64,000 bases of DNA from a bacterium. Lineage in GTDB: Bacteria > Patescibacteriota > Microgenomatia > Woykebacterales > RBG-16-39-9b. The stretch lies in the NCBI GenBank assembly GCA_030704665.1, contig JAUYID010000009.1, forward strand, positions 857,702-921,701, given 5' to 3'. This document shows positions 28,047 through 39,600 of this stretch, one piece after another; positions within the stretch are counted from its first letter, which is position 1, and every line of letters begins with the position of its first letter. Made by a program: the position numbers and the translations under genes. The notes under the pieces are model-generated. The model was not told where the DNA came from and searched no databases. It saw only the letters and a program-made list of their open reading frames with translations.

Positions 28047-28874
28047 TTAGCGTTTCCTTCTTTCTACAATAAATTTATTTGACTGTTTATTCTTTTTTCT
28101 TGTTTTCTTACCTAGGGTTGGTTTGCCCCAAGGGGTTTTAGGGGAGCTCATACCAATTCCACTTCTACCTTCACCACCACCGTGCGGATGGTCCCTTGGT
28201 GACATAGCAACTCCTCGAACAGTCGGACGAATTCCTAAATGGCGCTTTCGTCCTGCTTTTCCAAAAGTCATGTTTTTCCAGTCAGCTCTACCTAAAACTC
28301 CAACCGTAGCCATACAGGTAAGAAGGATCTTGCGTACCTCTCCAGAAGGTAATTTCAGGTTGGCATAGGGGGCCTCTTTGGCCATTAAAACTGCGCTTGA
28401 GCCAGCGCTGCGAACAATTTGTGCTCCTCTTCCCGGAATCAATTCAATACCATGAACAACTGTTCCCAAAGGAACTGATTTCAAAGGCATACTGTTGCCA
28501 ACTCGAACGTCCACCTTCTCTCCTGAAACAACTTTGTCACCAACTTCTAAACCCTCTGGAGCCAAAATATATCTTTTTTCCCCATCAACATAGTTTAACT
28601 GAGCAATCAAGCTGCTGCGGTTGGGATCATATTCCAGGGAAACAACTTTGGCAGGAATATTGAATTTATCCCTTTTAAAATCAACGACTCGAAGAAATCT
28701 TTTGTGTCTTCCCCCGATATGGCGTGTGGAGATGTGTCCCTTGTTGTCACGACCACCGGTCTTGCGCAGAATAGTGGTCAGAGACTTCAAAGGCTTCTTC
28801 TTTGTAGTTTCATCTTCAACTTTTGTCATAAAGCGTTGAGAAGAATTACCCCCAACGACTCTTTTTATAGCCAT
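28047..28874 (-). CDS. rplB: 50S ribosomal protein L2
   Basis: 275 aa; ...[13 protein letters not shown]... Confidence 0.95.
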   Translation of the reverse strand: MAIKRVVGGNSSQRFMTKVEDETTKKKPLKSLTTILRKTGGRDNKGHISTRHIGGRHKRFLRVVDFKRDKFNIPAKVVSLEYDPNRSSLIAQLNYVDGEKRYILAPEGLEVGDKVVSGEKVDVRVGNSMPLKSVPLGTVVHGIELIPGRGAQIVRSAGSSAVLMAKEAPYANLKLPSGEVRKILLTCMATVGVLGRADWKNMTFGKAGRKRHLGIRPTVRGVAMSPRDHPHGGGEGRSGIGMSSPKTPWGKPTLGKKTRKKNKQSNKFIVERRKR

Positions 28875-28875
28875 T

Positions 28876-29172
28876 TTAGCTTGCCTTTACCTCAAACGAA
28901 TCTAATTTTTGACCTTTTTTCAAAATAACAACTGCTTTCTTGACCGGGCTTTGTACCGCTCGTTCCCGTCGACCCCAAACTCTCGAAGTTTTTCCTTTGG
29001 TTGTAATAGTACGAACGGTAACGACATCAACATCGAAGGCTTTTTTGAAGGCGTTTTTGATCTCCCCTTTACTGGCCGCAAGGCCCACTTCAAAAGTGTA
29101 TTCCCCTAGTTGAGCCTGAGTCAGGCTTTTCTCTGAAATCACCGGCCTGATAATAACGTCATTAATTCCCAT
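28876..29172 (-). CDS. rplW: 50S ribosomal protein L23
   Basis: Start at internal [16 protein letters not shown]; the track ORF is extended upstream. Confidence 0.85.
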   Translation of the reverse strand: MGINDVIIRPVISEKSLTQAQLGEYTFEVGLAASKGEIKNAFKKAFDVDVVTVRTITTKGKTSRVWGRRERAVQSPVKKAVVILKKGQKLDSFEVKAS

Positions 29173-29860
29173 GGTTGTAAAACTTCTCCATCTCCAATAA
29201 GGCATTTTTTGTAAAGATTAGGTTTTTGTGATTCAAAACTTCGTAAGTGTTTAAATTTTTAAAGTCTACTAACTCAACTTCCGGTAAATTCTTGAAGGCT
29301 TTCTTCAAAGCTTTCGTTTCTTCGACTACAACAAAGACTTTCTCTTTTAAAGCTAGCTTCTTGATGACTTCGGCAGCCAATTTGGTCTTTTGTTCTTTCA
29401 ATTCAAGCTTATTTAAAACAGTGACTTCCTTGGCAGCTGCTTTGGCTGACAAAGCGTTACGAAGCGCTGCTTGTTTCATTTTCTTTGGTAGGTCCAAACT
29501 AAAATCTCGCTTGTGCGGCCCGTGGGTGATACCACCTCCCCGCCAAAGCGGTGAACGAATTGAACCAGCTCGAGCTCGTCCAGTTCCTTTTTGACGCCAA
29601 GGCTTGGCCCCACCACCAGCAACCTCAGCTCTAGTTTTGGTTTCCGCTCCCAAACCCCTTTGGTTGGCGAGAAAAACACGCACGGCTTGACTGAGTAAGG
29701 CTTTGTTTAATTTCTCCCCGAAAATAGCCTTTGGTAACTCCATATCCTCAATCTTCTCACCCTTAATATCAAAAACGCTCACCAAAAGAGGATTGTGAGA
29801 AGGGGTTTTTTCTTTTTTTACTTCTTTCTTGATTGTTTTAGTTGGCATTGTTTTCCTCAC
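29162..29860 (-). CDS. rplD: 50S ribosomal protein L4
   Basis: 232 aa; L4 signatures. Confidence 0.9.
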   Translation of the reverse strand: MRKTMPTKTIKKEVKKEKTPSHNPLLVSVFDIKGEKIEDMELPKAIFGEKLNKALLSQAVRVFLANQRGLGAETKTRAEVAGGGAKPWRQKGTGRARAGSIRSPLWRGGGITHGPHKRDFSLDLPKKMKQAALRNALSAKAAAKEVTVLNKLELKEQKTKLAAEVIKKLALKEKVFVVVEETKALKKAFKNLPEVELVDFKNLNTYEVLNHKNLIFTKNALLEMEKFYNHGN

Positions 29861-30644
29861 TTACTGGACTTGTTTCAGTTGTTACTTCTGGTGTTTTTAC
29901 TTCCTGTCCTGGAGAAACTTCTTCTTTGTTTTCCTCAGATTCCTTTTCCCCACCCAAGTTGGGCACGGCCGGAATTTCTGGTTCATGATAAGCTTTTGGC
30001 TTCTTGATGGATTTTTTGATAATTAGCTGACTTCCAACCGGGCCGGGAACGGAACCTTTCACCAAAAGTAGGTTGTTGTCTTTGTCTACCTCAAGTATTT
30101 GTAAACCTTGAACCGTCACCCTTTCATGACCCATGTGACCGGCCATCTTGGTTCCTTTGAAAACTCTACCTGGCGTCGTACCGGAACCAATAGAACCTGG
30201 TGCCCGATGACGATCTGACTGACCATGAGTCTTTGGCCCCCCGTGAAATCCGTGTCTTTTCACTCCACCAGCAAACCCTTTACCTTTTGAGGTTCCAGTC
30301 ACGTCAACCAAAGAGCCTTTGCGAAAAACTTCTTCCAAATGGATCTCTTGGCCAAGGCTTAAATCCCCCTCAAAGGCCACTTCTGCTAGCCTTGAAAGAT
30401 TCTTTTCTATCCCTGCTTTTTTAAAGTGCCCGGCCAGAGCCTTGGTAAGGTGTTTTTTTTCACCAGAACCAATTTGAGCTGCCTTATAACCATCTGTTTC
30501 TTTGCTTCGTAGACCGACTAAATAGTTTGGCTCAACTACTATTTTGGTCACCGGCACTGCCCGACCATGGCTATCAAAAGCCCGGTCCATCTTTGATTTT
30601 TTTCCTAGCAATGCTTTCAACATAATTCTTAACAATTTTTCCAA
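29838..30644 (-). CDS. rplC: 50S ribosomal protein L3 (about 55-aa acidic C-terminal extension)
   Basis: L3 core followed by an E/K/T-rich tail. Confidence 0.9.
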   Translation of the reverse strand: MEKLLRIMLKALLGKKSKMDRAFDSHGRAVPVTKIVVEPNYLVGLRSKETDGYKAAQIGSGEKKHLTKALAGHFKKAGIEKNLSRLAEVAFEGDLSLGQEIHLEEVFRKGSLVDVTGTSKGKGFAGGVKRHGFHGGPKTHGQSDRHRAPGSIGSGTTPGRVFKGTKMAGHMGHERVTVQGLQILEVDKDNNLLLVKGSVPGPVGSQLIIKKSIKKPKAYHEPEIPAVPNLGGEKESEENKEEVSPGQEVKTPEVTTETSPVSEENNAN

Positions 30645-30692
30645 ACGAAAAAGGCCTCATCGGCCCTTTTCACTTATACACCAACCAAGTTG

Positions 30693-31001
30693 TTACATCT
30701 TAATTTCGATGTCTACCCCGGCGGGTAGTTCTAGGTGCATGAGCGCGTCCAATGTTTTTGGCGTAGGCTCGATAATATCGATCAAGCGTTTGTGGGTCCG
30801 TATCTCGAATTGTTCTCGAGCATCCTTGTCCACGTGAGGAGAGGTAGTAACTATGAACCGCTCCCTGTCCGTTGGTAAGGGAACTGGGCCAGCTACTTTC
30901 GCTCCTGTGCGAATCGCTGTATCTAATATTTCTTCAGCTGAGTCATCAATGACCCGGCTATCATAAGACTTTAAACGTACTCGAATACGACCTTTTGGCA
31001 T
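30693..31001 (-). CDS. rpsJ: 30S ribosomal protein S10
   Basis: [14 protein letters not shown]... Confidence 0.95.
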   Translation of the reverse strand: MPKGRIRVRLKSYDSRVIDDSAEEILDTAIRTGAKVAGPVPLPTDRERFIVTTSPHVDKDAREQFEIRTHKRLIDIIEPTPKTLDALMHLELPAGVDIEIKM

Positions 31002-31034
31002 ATAAGTCCTTGTGCTCTAAGCTTTTAAGACTTC

Positions 31035-32225
31035 TTAGGCAACAATCTTGGTAATAACACCCGCTCCAACAGTGTGTCCACCCTCACGGATAGCGAAGCG
31101 AAGTCCCTCTTCTAGAGCAACTGGGCCAATCAATTTAACCTTCATCACTGTGTTGTCACCTGGCATAACCATTTCCGTACCTTCTTTCAGAGTTGCTTCT
31201 CCAGTCACATCAGTAGTTCTGAGATAAAACTGAGGACGGTAGCCGGAAAAGAAAGGAGTGTGACGCCCACCTTCTTCTTTGGTCAAAACATAAACCTCAG
31301 CTTCAAATTCGGTGTGAGGTTTGATTGATCCTGGTGCGGCGACAACTTGTCCGCGCTCAACGTCGTCTTTTTCAATACCTCGAAGAAGTAGTCCAACGTT
31401 GTCTCCCGCTTGACCCTCGTCAAGTTGTTTACGGAACATTTCAACTCCGGTAACAACCGTAGTAGTAGTTTTCTCGCGAATTCCAACGATTTCGACTGTT
31501 TCGTTTACTTTTACCTTACCTCGCTCAGCTCGGCCAGTAACAACTGTTCCTCGACCTTTGATTGAGAAAACATCCTCAACTGGCATCAGAAAGGGTTTGT
31601 CGAGATCACGAGTCGGGGTTGGAATGTAGTCATCAACAGCCTTCATCAACTCTTCAATACTCTTGATACCCTCAGCATCACCCTCAAGAGCCTTCAAGGC
31701 TGATCCCCGAATAATTGGGATATCTTTTCCTGGGTATTCGTATTTGTTGAGTAATTCTCTAATTTCCTCTTCGACCAGATCAAGAAGGTCCTTGTCATCA
31801 ACTGTGTCGCATTTGTTCATAAAGACGACAATTGCTGGTACTCCAACCTGACGAGCAAGGAGGATGTGCTCTCGGGTTTGGGGCATTGGACCATCCGCAG
31901 CCGAAACAACTAAAATCGCTCCATCCATTTGGGCGGCTCCTGTAATCATGTTCTTGATGTAGTCAGCGTGTCCTGGAGCATCGATGTGAGCATAGTGTCT
32001 CTTCTCAGTCTCGTATTCCACATGCGCAAGCGCAATGGTGATACCACGCTGTCTCTCTTCTGGAGCGTTGTCGATACTGTCAAAGGCGCGGAATTCCGCC
32101 ATACCCTTTTCAGCTAATACTTTACTAATGGCTGCGGTAAGAGTTGTCTTACCGTGGTCAACGTGACCAATAGTTCCCACATTTACATGTGGTTTACTTC
32201 TGTCAAACTTTTTGGCTTCTGCCAT
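31035..32225 (-). CDS. tuf: elongation factor Tu
   Basis: 396 aa; [18 protein letters not shown]. Confidence 0.98.
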   Translation of the reverse strand: MAEAKKFDRSKPHVNVGTIGHVDHGKTTLTAAISKVLAEKGMAEFRAFDSIDNAPEERQRGITIALAHVEYETEKRHYAHIDAPGHADYIKNMITGAAQMDGAILVVSAADGPMPQTREHILLARQVGVPAIVVFMNKCDTVDDKDLLDLVEEEIRELLNKYEYPGKDIPIIRGSALKALEGDAEGIKSIEELMKAVDDYIPTPTRDLDKPFLMPVEDVFSIKGRGTVVTGRAERGKVKVNETVEIVGIREKTTTTVVTGVEMFRKQLDEGQAGDNVGLLLRGIEKDDVERGQVVAAPGSIKPHTEFEAEVYVLTKEEGGRHTPFFSGYRPQFYLRTTDVTGEATLKEGTEMVMPGDNTVMKVKLIGPVALEEGLRFAIREGGHTVGAGVITKIVA

Positions 32226-32399
32226 TTTAATTCCTCCTTTAGGACCTTTTAAACTTAGTTTCTGTTCTTTCTAATCAATTTGCTCTTAGCTTCGTTTCAG
32301 GCTCGTTCGCACGTTTTACTATTTTAGCAGACTCAGTCAAATACGCTAGCCCCTTCTTTCTCTTCTGGTTGCTTTACCCGCTTTTAGCCTCAAACAACC

Positions 32400-34502
32400 C
32401 TATTTCGCACCCTTAGCTACAATAGTTGCCCCAATATTTACTGGTACTTCTTGGTAGTGGGACGGTTCCATATTGAAGTTGGCTCTTCCTTGGGTCATAC
32501 TGCGCAAGGCCGTCGCATAACCAAACATTTCGGCCAGGGGTACAATCGCTTTGACTACCCGAGCGTTGCCTCTTTGTTCGCTACCTTCAATCTGGGCTCT
32601 TTTACTGGACAAATCACCAATGACATCGCCCATAAACTCTTCTGGGGTTGTGACTTCAATACGCATAATTGGCTCAAGGATAACAGGCTCTGCTTTGGCA
32701 GCCGCGTCTTTGACCGCCATCGAACCGGCAATTTTAAAGGCCGCCTCAGAGGAATCGACCTCGTGATAACTCCCATCGTAAACCGCAACTTTAAGATCAA
32801 CTGTAGGGAAGCCGGCAACTACTCCATTTTCCAGAGCTTCCTTGATTCCTTTTTCAATCGCTGGAACATACTCTCTAGGAATTGAACCCCCAACTATTTC
32901 AGAAACAAATTCGTAACCTTCGCCCCGCCCTTTTGGTTCAACTCGAACTAAAGCGTGACCGTATTGACCACGGCCTCCAGTTTGCCGAATGTATTTTCCC
33001 TCACCCTGCGCATTCTTTCGAATCGTCTCTTTGTAAGCAACCTGGGGTTTTCCGACGTTGGCCTCAACATTAAATTCTCGTTTCATGCGATCAACGATAA
33101 TTTCCAGATGCAACTCTCCCATTCCGGAAATGATCGCTTGTCCGGTGTCTTGATCAGTTTTCATGCGGAAAGTTGGATCTTCTTCGGCTAGTTTAGCTAG
33201 AGAAAGTCCCATTTTTTCTTGGTCAGCCTTGGTTTTGGGCTCAATTGCCAAAGAAATCACCGGCTCGGGAAATTTAATTGCTTCCAAAACAATTGGTTTC
33301 TCTTCAGCACAAAGAGTGTCCCCAGTGAAAGTATCTCTCAATCCCACTGCTGCCCCGATCTCACCAGCACCAATTTCGGTAATTTCTTCCCGTGTGTTGG
33401 CGTGCATCAGCAGTATACGTCCCACTCGTTCGCGGGTCGATTTTGTAGAGTTGTAGATGTAAGAACCAGCCGTCATTTTCCCTGAATAAACTCGAAAATA
33501 AGTCAGTCGCCCCACAAAAGGATCAGTCATGACTTTGAAAGCGAGAGCAGCAAAAGGCTCATCGGCACTGGTTTTCCTTTCCTCTTCACTACCGATTTTC
33601 GGATTTAGACCTTTAACTGCTTCTTTGTCCAATGGGGAAGGAAGGTAGTCAACTACTGCATCCAACAGGGGCTGAACTCCTTTATTTTTCAGTGCTGAAC
33701 CAGCCATAACGGGAATAAGTTTGTACGCCAAAGTCGCACTACGAAGACCAGATTTTAATTCTTCTTCGGAAAGCTCTTTACCATCCAAATATTTTTCCAA
33801 AAGCTCGTCGCTCTGCTCGGCGATTGCTTCAACCAGTTTTGAGCGGAACTCTTCAACTTTGTCTTTCATTTCCGCTGGAACCTCACCTATTGTTGGTTCT
33901 TTAGCCATTTCTTCAGTGTAGGTGATTGCTTTGCGGGTGATGAGGTCGACCATACCTTTAAAACCCTGCTCTTCGCCAATTGGAAGCTGAATTGGATGGG
34001 CATTGGCTCCAAGGCGTTCTTTGATAGAAGCTAAACTCATGTAAAAATCTCCGCCGGTGGCGTCGAGTTTGTTGATGAAACAAATTCGGGGGACGTTGTA
34101 TTTGTCAGCTTGGCGCCAAACTGTTTCGCTTTGAGGCTCAACTCCCATCTTGCCGTCGAAAACTACCACCCCACCGTCAAGAACCCGTAGGGAACGCTCT
34201 ACTTCAGCGGTAAAGTCAACGTGCCCCGGGGTATCAATAATATTGATGCGGTGCTTGACACCAGCGTTGGGGCCTTCCTTCGTCTCCCAAAAAGCGGTGG
34301 TCGCAGCCGAAGTGATCGTAATTCCTCGCTCCCGCTCCTGAGCCATCCAGTCCATGACCGCGGCTCCCTCATGAACTTCCCCAATTTTGTAAGTTTTTCC
34401 AGTATAAAAGAGGATACGCTCAGTCACCGTGGTTTTCCCGGCATCAATGTGAGCGATAATCCCAATATTGCGAATTTTGTCTAAACCAACTTCTTTAGCC
34501 AT
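32400..34502 (-). CDS. fusA: elongation factor G
   Basis: 700 aa; [21 protein letters not shown]. Confidence 0.98.
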   Translation of the reverse strand: MAKEVGLDKIRNIGIIAHIDAGKTTVTERILFYTGKTYKIGEVHEGAAVMDWMAQERERGITITSAATTAFWETKEGPNAGVKHRINIIDTPGHVDFTAEVERSLRVLDGGVVVFDGKMGVEPQSETVWRQADKYNVPRICFINKLDATGGDFYMSLASIKERLGANAHPIQLPIGEEQGFKGMVDLITRKAITYTEEMAKEPTIGEVPAEMKDKVEEFRSKLVEAIAEQSDELLEKYLDGKELSEEELKSGLRSATLAYKLIPVMAGSALKNKGVQPLLDAVVDYLPSPLDKEAVKGLNPKIGSEEERKTSADEPFAALAFKVMTDPFVGRLTYFRVYSGKMTAGSYIYNSTKSTRERVGRILLMHANTREEITEIGAGEIGAAVGLRDTFTGDTLCAEEKPIVLEAIKFPEPVISLAIEPKTKADQEKMGLSLAKLAEEDPTFRMKTDQDTGQAIISGMGELHLEIIVDRMKREFNVEANVGKPQVAYKETIRKNAQGEGKYIRQTGGRGQYGHALVRVEPKGRGEGYEFVSEIVGGSIPREYVPAIEKGIKEALENGVVAGFPTVDLKVAVYDGSYHEVDSSEAAFKIAGSMAVKDAAAKAEPVILEPIMRIEVTTPEEFMGDVIGDLSSKRAQIEGSEQRGNARVVKAIVPLAEMFGYATALRSMTQGRANFNMEPSHYQEVPVNIGATIVAKGAK

Positions 34503-34692
34503 AAAATTTCCAAACTAGGACCAAAAACAAAACAACAACGAAAATCAAAATTATTTTCCAAAACTCAGCGTGGATCGGCTTTCCACCTTTTCTCAACCAA
34601 GGAGAGACTGTATTAGCTCTTTCAACCTTTGCTTCGAGTTCATTTATCTCCGTATTCAAGTCTTCAACCGAACTAGTTTCTTTTTCCATCAA
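34495..34692 (-). CDS. small C-terminally anchored single-TM protein, hypothetical (between rpsG and fusA)
   Basis: 65-aa ORF, overlaps the fusA start by 8 nt. Acidic/coiled N-terminus plus a hydrophobic tail ([15 protein letters not shown]). Confidence 0.35.
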   Translation of the reverse strand: MMEKETSSVEDLNTEINELEAKVERANTVSPWLRKGGKPIHAEFWKIILIFVVVLFLVLVWKFYG

Positions 34693-34738
34693 AAAACACC
34701 TCTTCGGTGCTCTTGGCAGTTAGTTTTTAACTGCCGTT

Positions 34739-35212
34739 TTACCAGCGAAAGTGGGCAAATGCTTTGTTTGCTTCTGCCATTCGATGGGTATCGTCACGCT
34801 TTTTGATCGCTGCTCCGGTGTTGTTGGCTGCATCGGTAAATTCAGCGGCTAGTTTCGCGGCCATACTTTTATATTCTGTGCTTGGGCGAGCCTTGGCAGC
34901 AGTAATGATCCAACGAATGGCGAGAGCTTCTTTACGGTCCCCACGCACTTCGTTTGGAACTTGATAGTTGGCTCCACCAATCCGGCGGGAGCGAACTTCC
35001 ATCTTTGGGGAAACATTTTTTATCGCGGTTTCAAAAGTCTCGAGGGGGTTTTTGTCTTGTTTTTCGATTTCAGAAAGGGCACCGTAAACAACTTTCTCAG
35101 CCACAACTTTTTTTCCAGCTTCCATGAGACGGTTGACGAAACGGGTGAGAACTCGGCTACCATAAATTGGGTCGTTAGGAAGTTTTCTCTTTGGAACTCT
35201 TTTACCACGCAT
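34739..35212 (-). CDS. rpsG: 30S ribosomal protein S7
   Basis: 157 aa; S7 signatures. Confidence 0.95.
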   Translation of the reverse strand: MRGKRVPKRKLPNDPIYGSRVLTRFVNRLMEAGKKVVAEKVVYGALSEIEKQDKNPLETFETAIKNVSPKMEVRSRRIGGANYQVPNEVRGDRKEALAIRWIITAAKARPSTEYKSMAAKLAAEFTDAANNTGAAIKKRDDTHRMAEANKAFAHFRW

Positions 35213-35214
35213 CT

Positions 35215-35631
35215 TTATTCACTCTTCCCTTTCTTCGCACCGTAAAGACTACGTCCTTGTTTGCGGCCCTCAACCCCACCAGTATCGTAATGCCCGCGGA
35301 TGATATGGTACTTCACACCCGGTAGATCTTTAACACGACCACCGCGAACCAAAACAATTGAGTGTTCTTGCAAATTGTGACCGATTCCCGGAATGTAAGC
35401 GGTAATTTCTTTTCGGTTGGAAAGTCGCACACGAGCCACTTTACGCAGTGCTGAGTTTGGTTTTTTCGGAGTCATTGTTTTGACCACGACACAAACTCCC
35501 CGCTTCATTGGGTTAAAGGTGCTTACCGGCTTTCTAGTTCGAGCATTGAAGCTAGAACGCAGCGCCGATGCCTTTACTTTTTTGCTTACTTTGGCTCGTC
35601 CCTTGCGGACAAGTTGAGAAATTGTAGGCAT
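35215..35631 (-). CDS. rpsL: 30S ribosomal protein S12
   Basis: [12 protein letters not shown]...[10 protein letters not shown]... Confidence 0.98.
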   Translation of the reverse strand: MPTISQLVRKGRAKVSKKVKASALRSSFNARTRKPVSTFNPMKRGVCVVVKTMTPKKPNSALRKVARVRLSNRKEITAYIPGIGHNLQEHSIVLVRGGRVKDLPGVKYHIIRGHYDTGGVEGRKQGRSLYGAKKGKSE

Positions 35632-35646
35632 AATTTGATCCTAGGC

Positions 35647-35675
35647 ATTATACGTGCTCGGAAGCTAACTGTCAA
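35647..35675 (-). promoter_or_regulatory. consensus sigma-70 promoter (TTGACA-17-TATAAT) for the rpsL-led gene array
   Basis: Minus strand: -35 at 35675-35670, -10 at 35652-35647. Predicted TSS about 9 nt upstream of the rpsL ATG, so the leader is very short. Confidence 0.55.
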
Positions 35676-35751
35676 CAATTATTGATTATGGTTTAGAATA
35701 ATTCTCTGTGGTAAAGTTTATAAACAGTTCTGCTTTGGAAAGGAAAGTCTT

Positions 35752-36330
35752 ATGAAACCGCTTTTTATTTTGATCGGAGCAGTGGTAAGCGTTGGCGCAA
35801 TCGTTTTAGCACTAACTTCAGAACCTGCAAAGGAGGCAAGTAAAATGGATGAAACTGTCAAGCGTACTTATGACAAATTCCCCGGAGTTCTTCCCGACGA
35901 GCAGCTAAAAAATCGTACTGTCACAATCAAAACAGCAAAAGGTGAGCTTGTGATAGAACTTTTTGGCACGGAGGCACCAAAAACCGTTAGCAATTTCATT
36001 TTTTTAGCTGAAAATAAATTTTACAATGGACTTACCTTTCACCGCCGCGAGGAAGACTTCGTCATTCAAGGTGGAGATCCCAATGGTGATGGAACTGGTG
36101 GGCCTGGCTACGATTTCGAAGATGAAGCAGTGACCCGAAACTATGACCGAGGGGTTGTAGCGATGGCCAATTCTGGTTCGGATACAAATGGGAGCCAATT
36201 TTTCATTATGCTCGCTGACAACCCAAATCTGCCAAGAAATTACACTATTTTTGGAAAAGTAACCTCTGGACTTGAGGTCGTAGACAAAATCCAAGTTGGA
36301 GACGTCATGACTGAGGTCTCGGTAAACTAA
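35752..36330 (+). CDS. ppiB: membrane-anchored cyclophilin-type peptidyl-prolyl cis-trans isomerase
   Basis: N-terminal TM plus cyclophilin motifs (FHRREEDFVIQGGDPNGDGTGGPGY, GSQFFI). Confidence 0.9.
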   Translation: MKPLFILIGAVVSVGAIVLALTSEPAKEASKMDETVKRTYDKFPGVLPDEQLKNRTVTIKTAKGELVIELFGTEAPKTVSNFIFLAENKFYNGLTFHRREEDFVIQGGDPNGDGTGGPGYDFEDEAVTRNYDRGVVAMANSGSDTNGSQFFIMLADNPNLPRNYTIFGKVTSGLEVVDKIQVGDVMTEVSVN

Positions 36331-36650
36331 TGGCTGCGGTGGTCTTAACCAAAGTCAAAATCTATTCAACCCTCTGGTCAAAAGTCAAAGGAGTGATCGG
36401 AGAATCTGAACCAAAGGGGTTTGGGGAGGGAGTTGCTTTACCAGGGGTCAATTCGATTCATACTTTCTTTGTCTCTTTTCCAATTGACCTTGTCTTTCTG
36501 GACAAAGGTAATCGAATAACTAGGTTGGTAGACGGTCTGAAACCATGGCGAGTCTCGCCTCTTGTTTTCCAAGCCAAAACAACCCTAGAATTAAAGACGG
36601 GCTCGATCAAACACCTGGGTTTAAAGCTAGGAGATCAAGTAAAGTATTAG
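36330..36650 (+). CDS. DUF192 family protein
   Basis: IHTFFVSFPIDLVFLD matches the DUF192 signature. Confidence 0.6.
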   Translation: MAAVVLTKVKIYSTLWSKVKGVIGESEPKGFGEGVALPGVNSIHTFFVSFPIDLVFLDKGNRITRLVDGLKPWRVSPLVFQAKTTLELKTGSIKHLGLKLGDQVKY

Positions 36651-39600
36651 GCTTCAGCGACTAGTTCTTTGCTGACTTTAGGCTCTTTTTTAGTTTCTTT
36701 TTCAGTAACCTCAGCTTCAGCAATATCTACTTCTTCAGCTGCCACAACCGGAGTTTCTTCAAGATTTTCTACTTTGGCAGTAAGTCGTGCACTTTCACCA
36801 GTAGGAATGAGACGACCAATGATAACGTTTTCTTTAAGTCCTCTCAGGTAATCAATTTTTCCGCTAGTCGCAGCGTCGGTCAGAACTGAAGTAGTCTCTT
36901 GGAAAGAAGCTGCGGATAAAACTGATTCGGTATAAAGAGCCGCTCTGGTAATTCCCAGGATAACAACAGCCGCGGTTGCTGGTTCTCCACCTTGGGCCAA
37001 AACCTTGGCGTTTTCTTCAGCAAAGCGGACTTTGTCCACCAACTCTCCGGGTAGAAGCGCAGTGTTTCCGGAAGTTTCAATTCGAACTTTTTCGCTCATT
37101 TTTCTGACAATTGTCTCAAAGTGTTTGTCGTTGATTGGAGCTCCCTGAGATTCGTAAACTTTCTGCAACTCTCCAATCACGTATTGCTGAACCGCACGAA
37201 TCCCTTTTGTCTCAAGCAAGGTTTTCAGGTCTAAATGCCCGCTCGTGAGCGGGTCTCCAGCTTCAACTTGGTCATCATCTTTGACTCGAAGCTCACTTGT
37301 AACTGGGATGACGTATTCTTTTTCCACTTTTGAACCCTTGTCGCTAGCAGTGATTCGAACCTTTCTTCCCTCATCACTATCAACAACCGCTACTTTACCA
37401 GGGAGTTCGCTGATAACCGCTGGGGTCTTTGGTGTGCGAGCCTCAAAAATTTCATCGACACGTGGCAGACCCTGAGTGATATCCAAACCAATGATACCTC
37501 CCAAATGGAAAGTCCTCATCGTCAACTGAGTTCCAGGCTCTCCAATTGATTGGGCAGCAATGACCCCAACAGGAGTTCCCATACCTACTACTTTTTTGGT
37601 TGAAAGATCACGTCCGTAACAGGACTGGCAAACCCCGAACTTAGTTTCACAAGTGAGAACCGAACGCATCAAAGCTTCTTTTACCTCTGCTTTTTCCAAG
37701 TCAGCCAGGTCTTCCTCAGCCACGATGACACCAGCTTTTTTGGCCACTTTTCCATTTTTCCCTTTTATAGCTACTGCCGCGACCCTACCGACTAGTCTTT
37801 CCAAAAACTTCCCGGGCCGCTCCTCTTCCTGCCGGAAAAGAAGACCTTCTTTGGTTCCACAATCTTCTTCTCTGATCAATAGATCATGGGCCACATCAAC
37901 CAAACGTCGGGTGAGATAACCTGCATCCGCGGTTTTGAGAGCTTTGTCCACTAGTCCTTTTCTGGCTCCTCGAGTTGAAGTGAAATATTCGTAAACATCG
38001 AGACCTTCCCGGTAGTTACTTTTTTGGGGTAATTCCACAATTCGGCCAAGAGGGTCTGCGATCAGTCCTCTCATTCCAGCTAGTTGTTTGATCTGGTCCC
38101 GACTACCGCGTGCCCCAGATTCTTGCATCATTTTCAACGGGTTGTTGGGGCTGAGATTTCTCCAGGTTAGTTCGTCAATTTCCGTGGTTAGTTCTGCCCA
38201 AAGTTCCTCTGAAAGTCGTACCTTTTCTGTTTCCGTGATCAAACCACGACGCAAGTTTTTTTCAATTTCTTCAACTTTTTTGTCTGTTTGAGCAATCAAT
38301 TTTGCTTTGTTGGGAATAATCTCGCAATCAGTGATCGACATTGAAAGCCCTGATTCAGTTACATACAAAAAGCCAAGATCTTTCAAGTCGTCAATCATTT
38401 TTACCGTCCGGTCTTTGCCAAGTAAATTTTGGCTTTTACTAAACAGACCCTTCAAGATTGGTCCTTTCACCAAATCGTTGAAGTAGCGCAGCTCTTCAGG
38501 CAAGGCTAGATTAAAAAGTAATCTTCCCACTGTAGTTTTGAGCACCTCACCTTTGTAAAAAAGGTTTATCGGCTCTTGAACTGAGATTTTTCCAGATTGA
38601 TAAGCAGTAATTGCATTTTCTTCTGAGTAAAGTCCCTTGGGTTCAGCCTCAAGCATTTTAGTTAAATAAAAACAGCCAAGAAAAACGTCTTGTTTTGGAG
38701 TCATGATTGGCTCACCGTCCGCAGGTCGAAGCAGGTTGTTGGTTGACATCATCAGGTTAATTGCCTCCTCCTGGGACGCCATTGACAAAGGAACATGAAT
38801 CGCCATTTGGTCCCCATCAAAATCAGCTCCATAACCAGTAGTGACGGAAGGGTGAATACCAATGGCACTCCCTTCGGTCAGAATTGGAAAGAAAGCCTGC
38901 ATACCCAGACGGTGTAGGGTTGGAGCCCGGTTCAGAAGAACAGGGTGGTTTTTGGTGATTGCCTCCAAAATATCCCAGACTTCAGTTCCTCGTCGTTCAA
39001 AAACATGTTTCGCACTTTTTACGTTGGGGGCATACCCCTGGAAAATAAGTTCTCGCAAAACAAAGGGCTTGAAAAGCTCCAAAGCCATTTCTTTTGGTAG
39101 TCGACATTCATTTAGTTTAATGTCTGGTGCGACAATAATTACACTTCGTCCAGAATAATCAACTCTTTTTCCGAGAAGGTTCTGGCGAAAACGTCCTTGT
39201 TTACCTTTAAGCATGTCGGAAAGCGAGCGCAGTTGTTGGACTCCGGCTCGAGTAGTAGTTGGTCTTTGACTTGCATCAATAAGCGCGTCAACAGCTTCTT
39301 GAAGCATTCTCTTTTCATTTCGCAAAATGATTTCTGGAGCTCCGAGATCCGTTAGTCTCTTTAGCCGGTTGTTGCGGTTGATGACGCGACGATATAGGTC
39401 ATTTAAATCACTTGTCGCAAACCTTCCCCCTGAGAGCTGGACCATTGGTCGCAAATCAGGTGGAATGACCGGTAAAGATTCAAGAATCATCCAGTCCAAT
39501 TTAATATCGGCGTTGCGAAAACCCTCGACAACACGTAGTCTTTTTGTCGCTTTCAACTGCTTTTGTCCAGTTGAGTTTTGGAATTCTTCCCTCAACCCTC

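Noticed and set aside
32226-32399. Internal tuf promoter (TTGACT ... TAAAAC) in the 174-nt fusA-tuf gap
   Set aside because: The -10 element is weak and the spacer is ambiguous (13-17 nt). Not reported as a feature, though an internal promoter here is plausible by analogy with other bacteria.
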